Positions 1-13,142 of a stretch of 64,000 nucleotides of DNA are shown piece by piece. The notes under the pieces were generated by a model. The model searched no databases and was not told the origin of the DNA. It saw only the letters and a program-made list of their open reading frames with translations. Source of the DNA: Eledone cirrhosa. Lineage: Eukaryota. The position numbers and the translations under genes were made by a program. Positions within the stretch are counted from its first letter, which is position 1. Every line of letters begins with the position of its first letter. Location of the stretch: positions 326,492,001-326,556,000 of the forward strand of contig OZ024743.1 in NCBI GenBank assembly GCA_964016885.1. The letters are read 5' to 3'.

Positions 1-585
1 ACCCGATGCGGTTTGTCCATGTCCACATTGGCACATTCGGGTGATCCAGTCGATACCTGTCAGACAGTTCAAAACGTCTGAGCAGGTTGGTGAGGCTCTT
101 GCACCCTCATCCCCTATCCACTAGCCCCACACATCCCAGCGAGCATCCAAGATACCGTTCCAGTCGCCCACTAACACTAAAAAGCGGGACGTTCCAAGAA
201 AGGTCTCTAGACATCTGAAGAAATCTGGCCGTCCTGCCCCTGTTGGGGCGTAGACGGCTACTAGCCTGAAAGCATTGCCTTCGCTGCCGGTCACGTCCAG
301 CACCACCGACTTACCTTCTGGGGGTAGGAAGATGGCCCGTATCGCGAGATCCAAGCCTCTCCGAAAAAGGACGGCAACCCCTCCCCCCGATCCTGGACGG
401 CTGGGAGATGCGTATACATCGTAGCCGCCGAAGATCGGGGCGAAGGCTTGTGCTTCGGAGATTCTGGTTTCACTGATGGCCACCACATCTATGTTTAGTG
501 ACCTGAGGTCGTTGAGCAGGTGACCCTGCTTCCAAGATGACCCCAGGCCACGTGCATTTATACTTCCTATTCTGAGTACGGCCAT
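1..585 (-). pseudogene. LINE ORF2 APE endonuclease N-terminus, premature stop at 121-123
   Basis: MAVLRIGSINARGL...ISETR...VYAPTG...LVGDWN; nearly collinear with the ORFs at 4955 and 9742. Confidence 0.88.
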
Positions 586-617
586 GTTGGATGAGAAACG
601 GGGCAAGTAAGAAAGGG

Positions 618-2600
618 TCACTTACCTTGATCGTGTGGTGAAGGGACAGTAGAACTGTCACTTTCGCTGGTCATGCGTGTTTCCAAGAGGATGTCAGTGT
701 ATATCCTCTTGGTAACCGACCCTCTGAAGTCTCCAACGACGTTGGGGAATTTTTGCTTTAAAGGTTTGTACTGTTCTATTGAGATTTCGATTATGCTTAT
801 GTTTGTCGGGAGAGTTCTTGGTGTTGGTGGGGTGTAGTAGTTTTTTTCTGTGATGTCTGTGTGCTGCTTTATATATTGTATGAGTTCTTTTTTTGCCATG
901 TTTATGGCTGTGTACTTTTTGTGGGGAGGGGTGTTGCTGTTTTCTTCTTGTTGCTGTTTGGTGTGTGTGTGTCTTATTGTGTTTGCGTTGTTGGCGTTTT
1001 TGGTGATGCTGGTGGTGGTGTGGTTGTCGATGTCAGTGGTGCTTGTGGTGGTGATGGTGGTGGTGTTGCTGCAAGTTTCCTTGCTGCCTTTACCCCTCTT
1101 TGTATGCCTTCGCTTTTGGAGGGTGAATCTAAGGGTATTTTTCTTTTTTGTTTTTTTTTGTGGCAGACCGTTTGCCACTTCACTCCCGCCTCAAACTCCA
1201 TGTCGGATTCCGTGGCGTCTGGAAGGGGTATGTGCTCCACGGTTGTTGGTGGTGGTAGTGGAGCCCTCTTCGGCAATTTTGTTGCTGGTGTAGCTACTTC
1301 AAATGTAGCTATTGGTGTTGCCGCCACTGATGATGCTGCTTTAGTTGTCCGTGGCCTTGGTACGGGTGCTACGGACGTTGCCCTCCTACTCACCGTGGAA
1401 GGGGTTTCTGCGTTTGTTGCCTGCTCTGCTCTTGGTAGCAGCGGACCAGGTATTGGAAGGAGAGGGGCCTCCTTCTTCGCTGTCTTCTGCGGGCAAAAGG
1501 CCCTGAGGTGACCCTTCGACCCACAGAGATAACATTTTGGCCGTCTTCCTTCTACGCTTATAGGGAGTTGGAGTCCTTCCTCGATGTCTATGATATCGGG
1601 GATAGCGTCGATACATTCCTGGTCAGTTTGTATATGCATTTGCATGCCTATACCTGACCAGTTCTCTCTCCCTATTTTTTCTACTTGCAGCATGGTCGTC
1701 CTGTTCTCGATTCCAGCAAGGACAGACGCGGCCAGCCAAGGTATTGGCACGTCGGGTGGGACCTGGGTCACTTTGACCCTCACAATTGTCTGCCCGCAGT
1801 AGGAGGGCACCAAGACTATCTCCTCACTCTTTAGGGTTTCCAAAGAGTGAGACTTTGCTTCCTGGGGGGTGGCGAAAAGTACGTCTACTGTGGCGTACTT
1901 TCTGCCTCGGGTGATGTGGGTTTTGCGTGCCCAGACGCACCCCAAGGGCTTTTGGATTTGAGCCTCCGTGGCTCTCTCCACCCGATGTAAGATTTTGCTT
2001 CCGGTGCGGTAAGTCACCGTCCGTAGCTGCTGGTCCTTGAAAAAATCGGGTGGAGGTTTCAGGGAGACTCTATTGGCGCTTCTTGTCACCATGGCCCTTG
2101 CGACTGCCATCTCCTCCTCTGTGACTAACACTGTCTCGATATTTCGGGCGACACCTGCAAAAGAAATGGTCCCTTTTTCAGCAGCACCACTATTGCTGCC
2201 GCTATTGGTCTTACTGGTGGTGCTGAGATCGCTATTACAGATATCGATGTCATTGTTGTTGTTTTCGTTGGTACAGTTGTTGGTGTTGTTGTTGTTGTTT
2301 TCGTTGATACTGTTGCTGTTGTTACTGTTATTGTGGCTGTTGTTATTATTGTTGTTTTTGTTGATACTGTTCCTACTATTATTGTTGTTGTGGCTGTTGT
2401 TATTGTCATTGTTATTGTCGTTCTCGACCTTACCGCTGTTATTTTTGTTATTGTCATTCTCGACTTTACCGCTGTTATTTTTGTTGTTGCTGTTGTTATT
2501 GATGGTGTTGTTGTTGGTGTTGTTGTTGGTGTTGTTTGTGTTAGAAATATTTGTTAATTTTAAATCTGTAACAATCTTCTTTTCCTTTGTAATATTTTCG
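618..2600 (-). pseudogene. LINE ORF1 (nucleic-acid-binding protein, CCHC knuckle), frameshifted in an A-run near 1150
   Basis: ORFs 974..2710 and 618..1178 overlap; CX2CX4HX4C motif; similar to ORF1 of copies B and C. Confidence 0.8.
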
Positions 2601-2609
2601 TTTATATTT

Positions 2610-2657
2610 ACCCCCCACCCCAAAAAAAAATTTCTGGCCTTGTGCTTATAGTAGATA

Positions 2658-2700
<43 letters not shown>
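2610..2700 (+). mobile_element. 3' fragment of SINE family 1 with expanded (ATT)n tail
   Basis: tttctggccttgtgcttatagtagatatc-(att)n matches the SINE 3' end ctggccttgtgcctaaagtagaaacaattat seen elsewhere in the window. Confidence 0.65.
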
Positions 2701-2935
2701 GGACGCACATGTGTGAAGACAGTACAAATCTGCGGGGGGAAAGGTTCGTAACTTTAAGCTGTTTTAAAGTGTCATTTTTAATATTTTCTTGTCGTTAACG
2801 AAACTTAAGGTACACATCTTGGTTTCAAGAGGGGGATACCTCTCAATATTCGGGCTTTAAGCCCGAATATTCAGAGTTATTTTTAAAAAACTTCGAAAAA
2901 AATCGCTTTTCCACCAAAAATAAAAAAATAAAAAA

Positions 2936-4926
2936 ATGGAAATGTTCGACCTTGAAACGGTAAACAACGTTCAGGTCAAAAGTTTAAAAGCAGCCACTGT
3001 AGATTTCACCACGAATACGACGACTACAGTCATGCCTGTCATCCACTCTACTGAATGTGAAGGCAAAACTCAAAAGCTACCATCACAACCTTCTGTGATA
3101 GCAGCAGTATCATCTGAAAACGACATCACCACCACCACCACCGCCACCACCACCACCACAACAACAACAACTCAGAGCAATAATGACAATAACACCGACA
3201 GCTTCAATGTAAACACGGATGGCGGTGGCAACAGCATCAACAAACAAAACAACAACAACAACAACACCAATAACAACAGCAAGAATGACAACATCAACAA
3301 CAAGAGCATCAGAAGCACCACATTTGCTGCAGCAGCAGCAAAAACAAAGCGCTTATTGGATATTGATATTGATATTAGCGATAAAGACGAACAGTTGGCC
3401 CAGGCGTGGAGGCTAATTAAACGGGAGAAGTCCTGGGCAAACCTGACCATCCCGGACGGGGCAATAGCGGCCATGCAAAGGAGGACGGTGTACTTTCGAT
3501 GCATTTCGGTGCAGACACGAAAAGTGGAACTTGCCAGCCAAGCAGAGGTCGAGGCTGCTTTGGAGTACATCGGAAGTAACATAGAGTATAAAGCAAGACA
3601 CAAACAGTTCGGTAGCTACTCTTCAAAACCGAGGCCCTCGCTATTAAGCACTCGGTGACCCCCTGCAGAATGGAACGCATTATCATGCATCCGTCCTACA
3701 AGGGTAAAAGGACAGTAAAGGTGCGCATTCCCAGCATCCCACCAGGAATGAACATATGGTGGCTGCTGGGATGCGTAATCGAGGAGGGGACAGACACTAC
3801 CCTCCTGGATATCAAAAGGACAGAGAGAGAGGACTGGTCCGGAATGGATTTGGAGATTCTTCTCCAAATGAAACCGGGGGACATGAACAACATCCCGGAT
3901 TTTGCCCGCCTGCAGGACGGGACAACAATCCAACTAATCACTGACAGAAGAAGGCCACGCTGCTTCGTCTGCGGGGAAGCAACACATCTGCAAGCCTTCT
4001 GCCCTCAGCGCAAAAATGCAGGGGGTCGCAAACCTCCTTTGTTGCCAACGCCAGTGTCAGCGCGGAAAGCTGCACCACCACCACCACCAAAAACAACACC
4101 AAGACACGGACACCAACATCAAAAACAGCCGGATCACCACCAACACCAAAACCAATCCAAGGGGAAAACGAGGAAAGCTCTCCCACTCCCCCCCCCCCCC
4201 CAATTATACACATAGACAAAACAATAAACGCACATACAGACACAGAGACACTCACAGCCACAGACCCTTTGTTTTTCCAGCAGCGAAGATGAAGGAAAAT
4301 CCAAAAGTGCAAAAAAAAAAACAGACAAAACTCACCAAAAAAAAAAGCCCCAACAAAACACAAAAACATACACAACAAAAAATACAGACACCACTAACAC
4401 AAACACTTCCCCAATAACATCACCACCAACAGCAACATCGACCCCCCCCCCCAATCCCCGAAACGCAAACAGCCTAAACAAACACAAGTACAAATAAACA
4501 TACAAATACCTGAAATTGCAGACACCACACCTACAACAAACACAGACATACCCGAAACAACACCACCAAAACCATCACCACCACAGTCACCAAAACGAAA
4601 ACAAATAAAACCACACCAACAAAATGTTAAAAACTTCGTGCTTGTCAGAAGGGCCAACGATAAACTGATGGCCCTCTTAGCACGAAGCGAGGACATTGAA
4701 ACAGAGGGGGGATTTTTGAAATGAGCACATATTGCGTGCCAGAAGATTTGCTTCTGGTCCGAATGTCACTCGTTCCTTCAAAGAAATTCGAGAGAGCTTT
4801 CCTCAAGATGTGGGAACCCCGAGTGTGAAACCCACATCGAGACTTTTAAAGGCGTTCCCAAAAGAAGCCCCACCAACCATGGAGGTCGAACCACCCGACC
4901 TTCACAAGACCCCGGGAGGTAAGTAA
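2936..4926 (+). pseudogene. LINE B ORF1, frameshifted
   Basis: ORF pieces 2936..3658, 3655..4215 (CFVCGEATHLQAFC knuckle) and 4732..4926. Confidence 0.8.
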
Positions 4927-4954
4927 ACCTTCCCTCTCTCTCTAGCTTACCAAC

Positions 4955-7900
4955 ATGGCCATATTAAGAGTAGGAAGTTTAAATGTTCGCGGCCTGGGGT
5001 CAACCTGGAAGCAGGGTTGCCTGCTCAACGACCTCAGATCGCTGGAAATGGATGTGATTGCCGTCAGCGAGACCAGAATTTCCGACACGCGCGCACTAGC
5101 CCCCATTTTCGACGACTATCAGATCTTCGCATCTGTTAGCAGGCCGGGAATGGGGGATGGGGTGACAGTGCTGTTTAGGAAAGAACTGGATCTCGATGTA
5201 AGGTCGATCTTCCGGGACCCGGACGGTAAGTTGGTGGTCTTGGATGTGAGCAATAGCGAAGGTGGTGCCTTTAGACTGCTGGCCGTCTACGCCCCTACAG
5301 GGGCCGGACAACCGGACTTCTTTAGGCGCCTGGAGACCTTTCTTGGTACGTCTCGCCCTTTACTGTTAGCGGGGGACAGGAATGGCATCTTAAACGCACG
5401 CTGGGATTGTGTGGGAGTAGCCTATAGGATCGGGGGGTGCAAAAGCCTCAAGCACCTACTCAGCCAGTTCCAACTGTCTGACAGGTATCGACTATATTTC
5501 CCCAATGTGCCAGTATGGACATGGACCAACCGAATGGGGTCATCTAGATCGTATATAGACAGGATCTTCATTAGGAAAATAGATGGAAATAGTGTAGGCT
5601 GCCCACTTTTTAAAACGGTCGCCTATTCAGATCACAAATTTGTGATCTGTACAGTTGACCTAGATAAAATGCGTAGGTTAGGACCTGGTTACTGGAAGCT
5701 GAACATGTCATTTCCGGCACGTAAGGCTTACAGGGACCGAAACAACAATTTAGTTAAGCAAAAGTTGACAGGGGGGATCATCAACAACAGATGGTGGGGA
5801 GCTCTCAAAAGAGAGATTAGAGTAACTTCGATAGAGTTCAGCAAAGAACTAGCGTTAGAGAAAAATAGAAAGGAGGGGGAGCTGGTAGATAAGTTAGACG
5901 AGGCTATTTGTAGTGGCATTGCTGCTGACGTGCTAGCGGCGAGAATGGCATTAGACCATTTCTTCAATGCGAAACACGAAAGTTGCATTGTCAGAGCTAA
6001 GGCGCGTGCGCTGAGAAACGAGGGAACCAAAGCTGTTCGATGGGCCCGCGTGGCGGAGGCACAGCGTGGTAATAAAATCACAATTCGGTCTTTTGTGAAC
6101 CGAGGCGGAAACGAGATAAGCGATTCCAAGCGGGTGTGTGAGGCCTTTCGCCAGCACTTTGCTCGGTTGTTCGGGGAAGTGGCGAGTCAGAGAGAGTAGC
6201 GGATTTCAGTCCCTACCTTGACGGCTTGCCGCGCATCTCGACGGTCGACGCTGAGCGCTGCGAAAGGCCGATTACCTCAGCCGAAATTCAGGACGCCCTT
6301 GTCGGCTACATGAGGCGCAAGTCACCCGGTTTGGATGGCCTACCCTACGAGCTTTACGTAAATATGCCAGACTTGTTCTCCGATCCCCTCGAAGCACTCT
6401 ACTGCAACTGGCAGCAGAATGGGAGTATTCCCAGTTCTGTGATAAGGAAAGACGAGAACAAGAGGGATACATTAGACAACTTCAGGCCCATAAGTCTGCT
6501 CAACACAGAGTTTAAGATTTTGGCCAAGGTGTTAGCAAAGAGATTGGCGCTTGTCGTCGAGGAATTGGTTGGAGAGGCGCAAACTTGCGCAATCCCAGCC
6601 AGGTCCATACACGACTATCTCCACCTCATGCGATACATCATAGAGAGGGTAGGATGTAAATCTGGCTTCGGTGGGGCATTCGATAGGGTCGACCATCGGT
6701 ATCTGGAGTTTGTCCTCAAGGCAGCTGGCTTCGGCCCTGTCTTCAGAAGCTGGATCGCTGCAATGCACAGCGGCACACGCTCGGTGGTCAAGGTTAATGG
6801 CCACCTCTGGGAACCATTTCGACTCTCCCGATCGGTCCGTCAAGGATGCCCTCTCTCTTCCCTTCTGTACGTATTGACTCTCGAGCCTTTACTGCGGAAG
6901 CTGGAGCTGTTGCAGGGCATCCCGCTCGAACCGTGACGTAGAAAGGCCGTGTCGGCTTATGCGGACGACATCACCGTGATGGTGTCGAACACCTCAGAAA
7001 TAGAGGTGGTCGGCACCTTATTGAAGGAATATGAAAGGTTGACAGGAGCCAAACTTAACCCGGAAAAGTCGGTGGGCTTGCAGCTCGGAACCTGGAGAGG
7101 CAAGCCCATGCCGTCCAACAGCGTTGTGGGGCGCTGGACGGACGGACTGGTAAAGTTGCTCGGGGTTTGGTTCGGACCAGACCTCCAGGTGGAAAAGAAT
7201 TAGGACGAAGTAACGAGCAGAGTAGCCAGTCTCACCCAAAAATGGGCTGGGAGGAAGCTATCACTGAAAGGTCGCGCGGATGTGGCGAATGCGTACATCG
7301 CGTCCGTCATCTACTACCACCTGACTGTCGTGCCTTGCCCCCGTCCGCGCCTCGTCAAGTTGGAACGGCTCCTCTTCAAATTCTTGTGGAGGGACAAGTT
7401 CCGTTGGTGAGGCGGTCCATCTGCTGCCAGCACCCGCTACGCGGAGGGCTGGGCATGCCGTGGCTAATGATGCGCAGACATGCGTTGAGGCTGCGACATC
7501 TCCAGATATTCTGCCTCAACGGTGAACAGGTGTGGTCGCCGTTTATCAGACGGGTCTTTCCGCAGCTCATTTCTTTGACTGAGCTGCAGTCCTGGGTCAA
7601 GAAGAGACTGAGACTGGGTGACTGGCACCTGGAATGTTGCCAGGCACTCACTGCCCTCTACCAAGCGGGCAATGCGATCAGTGGAACTTCCACTCTCGAG
7701 TTCTATAGAGGATTAGTGGTGGGCAAGTGTGATGACGCACTCGGAGAAGCTTTGGGCCTCGACGAAGTCGAACTGACCAGTCTGTACCGGAGGAGTTTTG
7801 AGCCGGGGACGATGGACAATTTCCAGAAATCCCTCGCTTGGCCGTGCTACCGGGGGGCACTGCCGGTTCGGGATAAACTCTACAGGCGCGGAAGTGCTGT

Positions 7901-8323
7901 CAGACGGACCTGCCCAAGATGCGCACAGAACGACGAAACCGTTCTGCACGCACTTGTCCAATGTCCGTGCATTGATTTGTGGAGTTATGTCGAACAGCTA
8001 CTGTCGCATGTGGAACGAATCCGGCTATCGGCCGAGTCCATAGTGAAGATCGACCCGCCGCCTTCCTTAGGTCAGGAAGAGCAGGAAATTTTCCTCTGTC
8101 TGGTGGCAGTTGCGAAAGAGGTTATATGGTGGACCAGGTTGAAAGGACTGAAGACAGACACTTTTTATTCGGCCAATCCCTCATCAACTTCTTTAAGTTT
8201 CACCTGGAAAGGAGGGTGAGGGTGGAGAGAGAAGTGCTGCCCCCCAGTACATTTGCTAAAAGGTGGATGAATGTGGCGAGAATGGCCCGTGTGAATGGGC
8301 CTACTCTGACCATGCGCCTATAG
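4955..8323 (+). pseudogene. LINE B ORF2 (APE endonuclease, reverse transcriptase, C-terminal CCHC)
   Basis: APE motifs; RT motifs KSPGLDGL, NFRPISLLN, AFDRVDH, VRQGCPLS, AYADD; CPRC..ETVLHALVQC. Broken by several stops and frameshifts. Confidence 0.92.
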
Positions 8324-8589
8324 GCTAGCTAACTTGACGAGAGGGGTGCTCTCCCTGGGCGCAGGGTGGTTCAGGATTGGAGGAGTACCCGAGTCACCCC
8401 AGGGTCGTCCACCCCCTATCGGGGTATTTATTTTGTTATATTTATGCATAGTTTATTTTATATTTTTATATCTTCATTGTTAAATTAGTCTTGCCATTGT
8501 GCACTTTTACTCGGCCTTATTGTAAACCCCCACTGTCCCTGTCTTTGTATTGTCCCCTACATGTCGGCCCTTGTGGCTAATAAATGAAA

Positions 8590-8633
<44 letters not shown>

Positions 8634-8837
8634 GGCGACCTACGTAGTAAATCGTATTATCGTGAGCTCCGCAAAGGTTTGTTATTTTCAGTTGTTTAAA
8701 ATTGCCATTTATGGAAAAAAAATTTGTTAACTGTATATAAGTACACATACATTGTTTTCTGAAAAGGACACTTAAAAATTTTGGGGGCCTTGAGCCCAAA
8801 TTTTAAACTTTTATAATTATCAAGCAAAAATTTTCCT

Positions 8838-9707
8838 TTGAAAAAAATCCTGGACGACTCAGGGTCACACCTTCCACACAAACTAAAACCTCACACCGAC
8901 ACCACCATTGTAAATATTACTACGTTTGCCAACATTAAAAATATAAGCAGTAGCAATATTTTAAATTTGTCTCATGCAGACATTCATTTCCCGCCATTAC
9001 CAATGACTGCAGGTGTTGAAGCCGCCACCCCCACCACCGCCACAGTGACAACAGAAACAAAAGAAATAAATAAATTATCTTGTGATATCGAAATGGATTC
9101 ACCCAAAATGAACTCTTCCACACCGAACACCACTGACGCCACCACCACCACAACTGAAACTAAAATTAACAATAACAAAAATAACGATAACAACAACAGC
9201 AACAACAACAATGAGTAGCAAAAAAGTGCGAAGCAATCCAGGTAACTCAGGAGGAATTAGAAGGAGCCAAAAGAATGGTAAAGAAAGATGGGTACAGGGT
9301 CAGCCCCCCCCCCTAATAAAACGGAGCATCAGCGCCTATGCACCGTATCTTATCGAACGATTAACATAAAATCGCGCCGAGTGGAACGGGCATCCGAGTC
9401 CCAAATCCAAAAAGCTTTGGGACAAGTGTGGGCAAAAAAAACCCACATCAGACGTGGGCAGAAATATGGAACCGTGGACGTGATGTTTGGAACACCACAG
9501 GAGGCCAGAGAACACTCCATGACCCCATTAAGAAGTGACGACGTCACACTCGTCCCAAGCTATTGTGGCCAGAGACTCGTGAAAATCAGGGTGACCCACG
9601 TTCCACAAACACTCTCCAGGAGGATTTATAAGGACATCCTTCCTGAGGAGGCCAGAAGCAGTGAAAAGGATGGGCAAACCATCCTTCCTCTACGAGAAGT
9701 AAGGTAA
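8838..9707 (+). pseudogene. LINE C ORF1 with an internal deletion removing the zinc knuckle
   Basis: RRVERASESQIQKALGQVWAKKTHI aligns to copy A; the sequence then jumps from VTHVP straight to the C-terminal RRIYKDIL segment. Confidence 0.75.
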
Positions 9708-9741
9708 GTGGTCTTTCCCATCTTTTCCACTCCATTTCAAC

Positions 9742-12700
9742 ATGACCTCACTCAGAATAGGCAGCATAAATGCGCGTGGCTTGGGGTCGTCATGGAAGCA
9801 GGGCCACCTGCTCAACGACCTCAGGTCACTAAACATAGATGTAGTGGCCATCAGCGAGACCAGAATCTCCGAAGCACGGGCCTTCTCACCGATCTTCGGC
9901 GGCTACGATGTGTACGTATCTCCCAGCCGTCCTGGATCGGGGGGAGGAGTTGCTGTTCTTTTTCGGAGAGGTTTGGATCTCGCCATACGGTCCATCTTCC
10001 TGGACCCAGAGGGTAAGTTGGTGGTGCTGGACGTGACCAGAGGAGACGGGCAACCTTTCAGGCTAGTGGCCGTCTATGCCCCGACAGGAGCAGGGCGGCC
10101 TGATTTCTTCCGGCGTCTGGAGACCTTTCTTGGAACGTCCCGCTCTTTAGTGTTAGTGGGCGACTGAAACGGGATCTTAAATGCACGCTGGGACTATGTG
10201 GGATTAGCGGATAGGGGAAAAGGGTGCAAGAGCCTCACCAACCTTCTCAGGCGTTTTGAACTGTCTGACAGGTACCGATTGGATTTCCCGAATGTGCCAA
10301 TATGGACTTGGACAAATCGAATAGGGTCATCCAGATCATATCTAGATAGAGTATTTTGTAGGGAAATAGATAGGTCTAGCATAGGCTGTCGACAATTCAA
10401 GATAGTCAGCTACACGGACCACAAATTCGTGATCTGTGTGCTTGACTTAGTTAGGCTTCATAGACGAGGACTCGGCTACTGGAAGCTAAACGCGTCTTTA
10501 CCAGCGCGCAAGCCTACAGAGACCGGATTAGCTGGCGTTGACGGGGGCCATCGTCAACAACAAGTGATGGTTTGCTCTGAAAAGAGCGATTAGAATAGAG
10601 TCCATTAGGTTTAGTAAGGCTTTAGCAATAGAGAAAAATAGAGCAGAGGGAGAACTAGTTAGAAAATTAGACGAGGCGCTTAGCAAAGGTATCGCGACCG
10701 ACGTACTTGCGGCGAAATTGGCCCTTGACCAATTCTTCAATGCAAAGCACGAAGGCTGCGTTGTCAGAGCTAGGGTGCGAGCTCTCAGACACGAGGGGAC
10801 GAAAGCCGTTCAATGGGCCCGAGTATCGGAGGCGCGTCGTGGCAACAAAGCCACGATCCGGTCTGTGGTGGACCACGACGGGCGCATGCTACTCGATCCC
10901 GGGCAAATATGTGAAGCTTTTCAGCGACACTTCGCACAGCTGTTCGGGGGCAGCGGTTGGACACATCGAGGGATGGACTTTAGTGTCTACCTCGACGTAC
11001 TGCCGCGGCTCTCGGCCACAGAGGCGGAGTGTTGCGAAAAGCCGATAACAGCCGCTGAAGCACGGGAGGCAATGACTGGTTGCACAAGGGGTAAATCGCC
11101 TGGTTTGGATGGTCTGCCCTATGAAATTTACGTACAGACTTGTAGATAATATAGATAATTTCAGGCCCATAACTCTGCTATACACAGAGTTCAAGATTTT
11201 GGCCAAGGTGCTAGCAAAGAGGTTGGTGCTTGTCGTTGGTGGTCTGGTGGGAGAAGCGCAGACATGCGCCATTCCCGACAGATCCATCAACGACAACCTC
11301 CACCTCATGCGATACATCGTAGAGAGGGTAGCTAGGGAACCTGGCACGGGTGGGTCCTTGATCAATTTAGATCAGTCGAAAGCTTTCGATAGGGTCGACC
11401 ATCGTTGCCTAGCGGCAGTCCAGAGGGCGGCTGGCTTTGGGCCCGTCTTCAGAGGCTGGATCGCTGCCATGCACAGCGACATCTGCTCTGTAGTGAGAGT
11501 GAACGGTCACCTTTCAGAACCGTTCAACATCATGCGCTCGGTCCGCCAAGGATGTCCCCTCTCGTCCCTCTTGTACGTATTGACTCTCGAGCCATTACTG
11601 CACAAACTAGAGACATTGAGGGGGGTCCCGCGCGAACTAGGATGCGGAAGATCCGTGTCAGCATATGCGGACGATGTCACCGTAGTGGTGTCGAACGCCA
11701 AACACATCGAGGCGATCGGCACTACACTAAGAGAATACGAAGCGGTGACAGGAGCAATGATCAACCAGGAAAGTCAGTGGGCCTGCAGCTCGGCACCTAG
11801 AGAGGCAGGTCCATGCCGTCCAACAGCGTCGTCGGGCGCTGGACGGACGGACGGACCGGTTAAATTGCTAGGGGTCTGGTTCGGTCCGTAACTCCAGACG
11901 GACAAAAACTGGGACGAGGTGACGATTAGGGTGGCTTCTCTCGCCCAGAAATGGGCCGAGAGGAAGCTATCCCTGGTCAGGCGGTCCATCTGCTGTCAAC
12001 ACCCGCTACGTGGAGGGCTGGGCATGCCTTGGCTGATGATGCGCAGACACGCGCTCAGGCTACGACATCTCCACCTCTTCCTCGACGGAGATCAGGTGTG
12101 GTCGCCGTTTGCTACACACGTTTTTCCCCAGCTCGTCTCCTTGACGGAGCTGCAGTCCTGGGTCAAGCGAAGACCGAGAGGGAGCGCTTGGAGACTGGAA
12201 TGTCTTCAGGCGCTCACAGCCCTCGACCAATCGGGCAATGTGATCGGTGGAAACTCCACCTTGGCGTTCTATAGGGGATTAGTGGAGGGGAAGAGCGACG
12301 ACGTACTTGGAGAAACTCTAGGCGTCGACGAAAATCAACTAGCCAATCTCTTCGGAAGGACTTTCGGGCCGGGGCCTATGGACAACTTCAAGAAATCCCT
12401 GGCCTGGCAGTGCTACCGAGGAGCTTTGCCAGTTCGGGATAAACTCTACAGGCATGGAGGTGCCGTCAGCCGGGCATGTCCGAGATGCGCGCAGGGCGAT
12501 GAAACCGTCCTGCACGCACTCGTCCAGTGTCCGAGCATTGCTGACTTGTGGGTTTATGTCGAACACCTGCTGTCACGTGTAGGACGGATCCAGCTATCAG
12601 CTGAGTCCATCGTGAGGATTGCCCCGCCCCCTTCCTTTAGCCGGGAAGGGCAGGCAGTTTTTATCTGTCTGGTGGCCATGGCGAAAGAGATAGTATGGTG

Positions 12701-12893
12701 GACACGTTTGAAAGGGCTGAAGACGAGCACTTACCTCTTCGGTGATGCCCTGATTAACTTTTTCAAATTTCATTTGAAAAGGAAAATCAGGGTAGAGAGG
12801 GAAGTGCTCTCTTCCCAGCATTTTGTTGAAAGATGTGTGAGAGAAGCAAGTATGGCCCGAATGAATGGGCCTTCTCTGAGTATGTGTCTGTAA
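9742..12893 (+). pseudogene. LINE C ORF2 (APE-RT-CCHC), fragmented
   Basis: APE motifs; LDQSKAFDRVDH, RQGCPLS, AYADD; CPRC..ETVLHALVQC. Confidence 0.92.
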
Positions 12894-13142
12894 ATTAAAG
12901 GTGGAAAACTGGGAGAGGGCACTTGCCCTGGTGGTCAGGGCCACTGTGGTCTTTTAATGGGCTTTCTCCACAGATGTCCCTCGGAAGTCTCCCCCCCCCC
13001 CCCTATTGGGGAATTTTTCTTTGTTATTTTATTTCAACCTCTGTTTTTTTACACGCAGAAATGCCCATTTGTACCGTCCTGTATTGTCCTGTACTGTCCT
13101 TAATGTCTACTTTATGTAAACCCTTGTGGTTAATAAAGAAAA

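Larger units (their letters stand above)
1..2609 (-). mobile_element. Tx1/L1-clade non-LTR retrotransposon copy A (ORF1 plus start of ORF2; runs off the window)
   Basis: ORF1 has an Asn-rich N-terminus and the zinc knuckle CYLCGSKGHLRAFC. It is followed by an APE endonuclease (SINARGL, VAISET, VYAP, GDWN). Homologous to copies B and C. Confidence 0.9.
2701..8633 (+). mobile_element. Tx1/L1-clade LINE copy B, apparently full length, decayed, flanked by (ATT)n
   Basis: 5'UTR, ORF1, ORF2 (APE-RT-CCHC), and a 3'UTR ending aataaatgaaatc(att)n; starts immediately after an (att)n tract. Confidence 0.92.

Noticed and set aside
850-2651. Hydrophobic Leu/Val-rich plus-strand ORFs resembling membrane proteins
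   Set aside because: Antisense shadows of the Asn/Thr-rich LINE ORF1.
2650-2710. Met-poly-Asn start of the 578-aa ORF
   Set aside because: Read-through across the (AAT)n tract and the SINE fragment; the true 5' end of LINE A appears lost.
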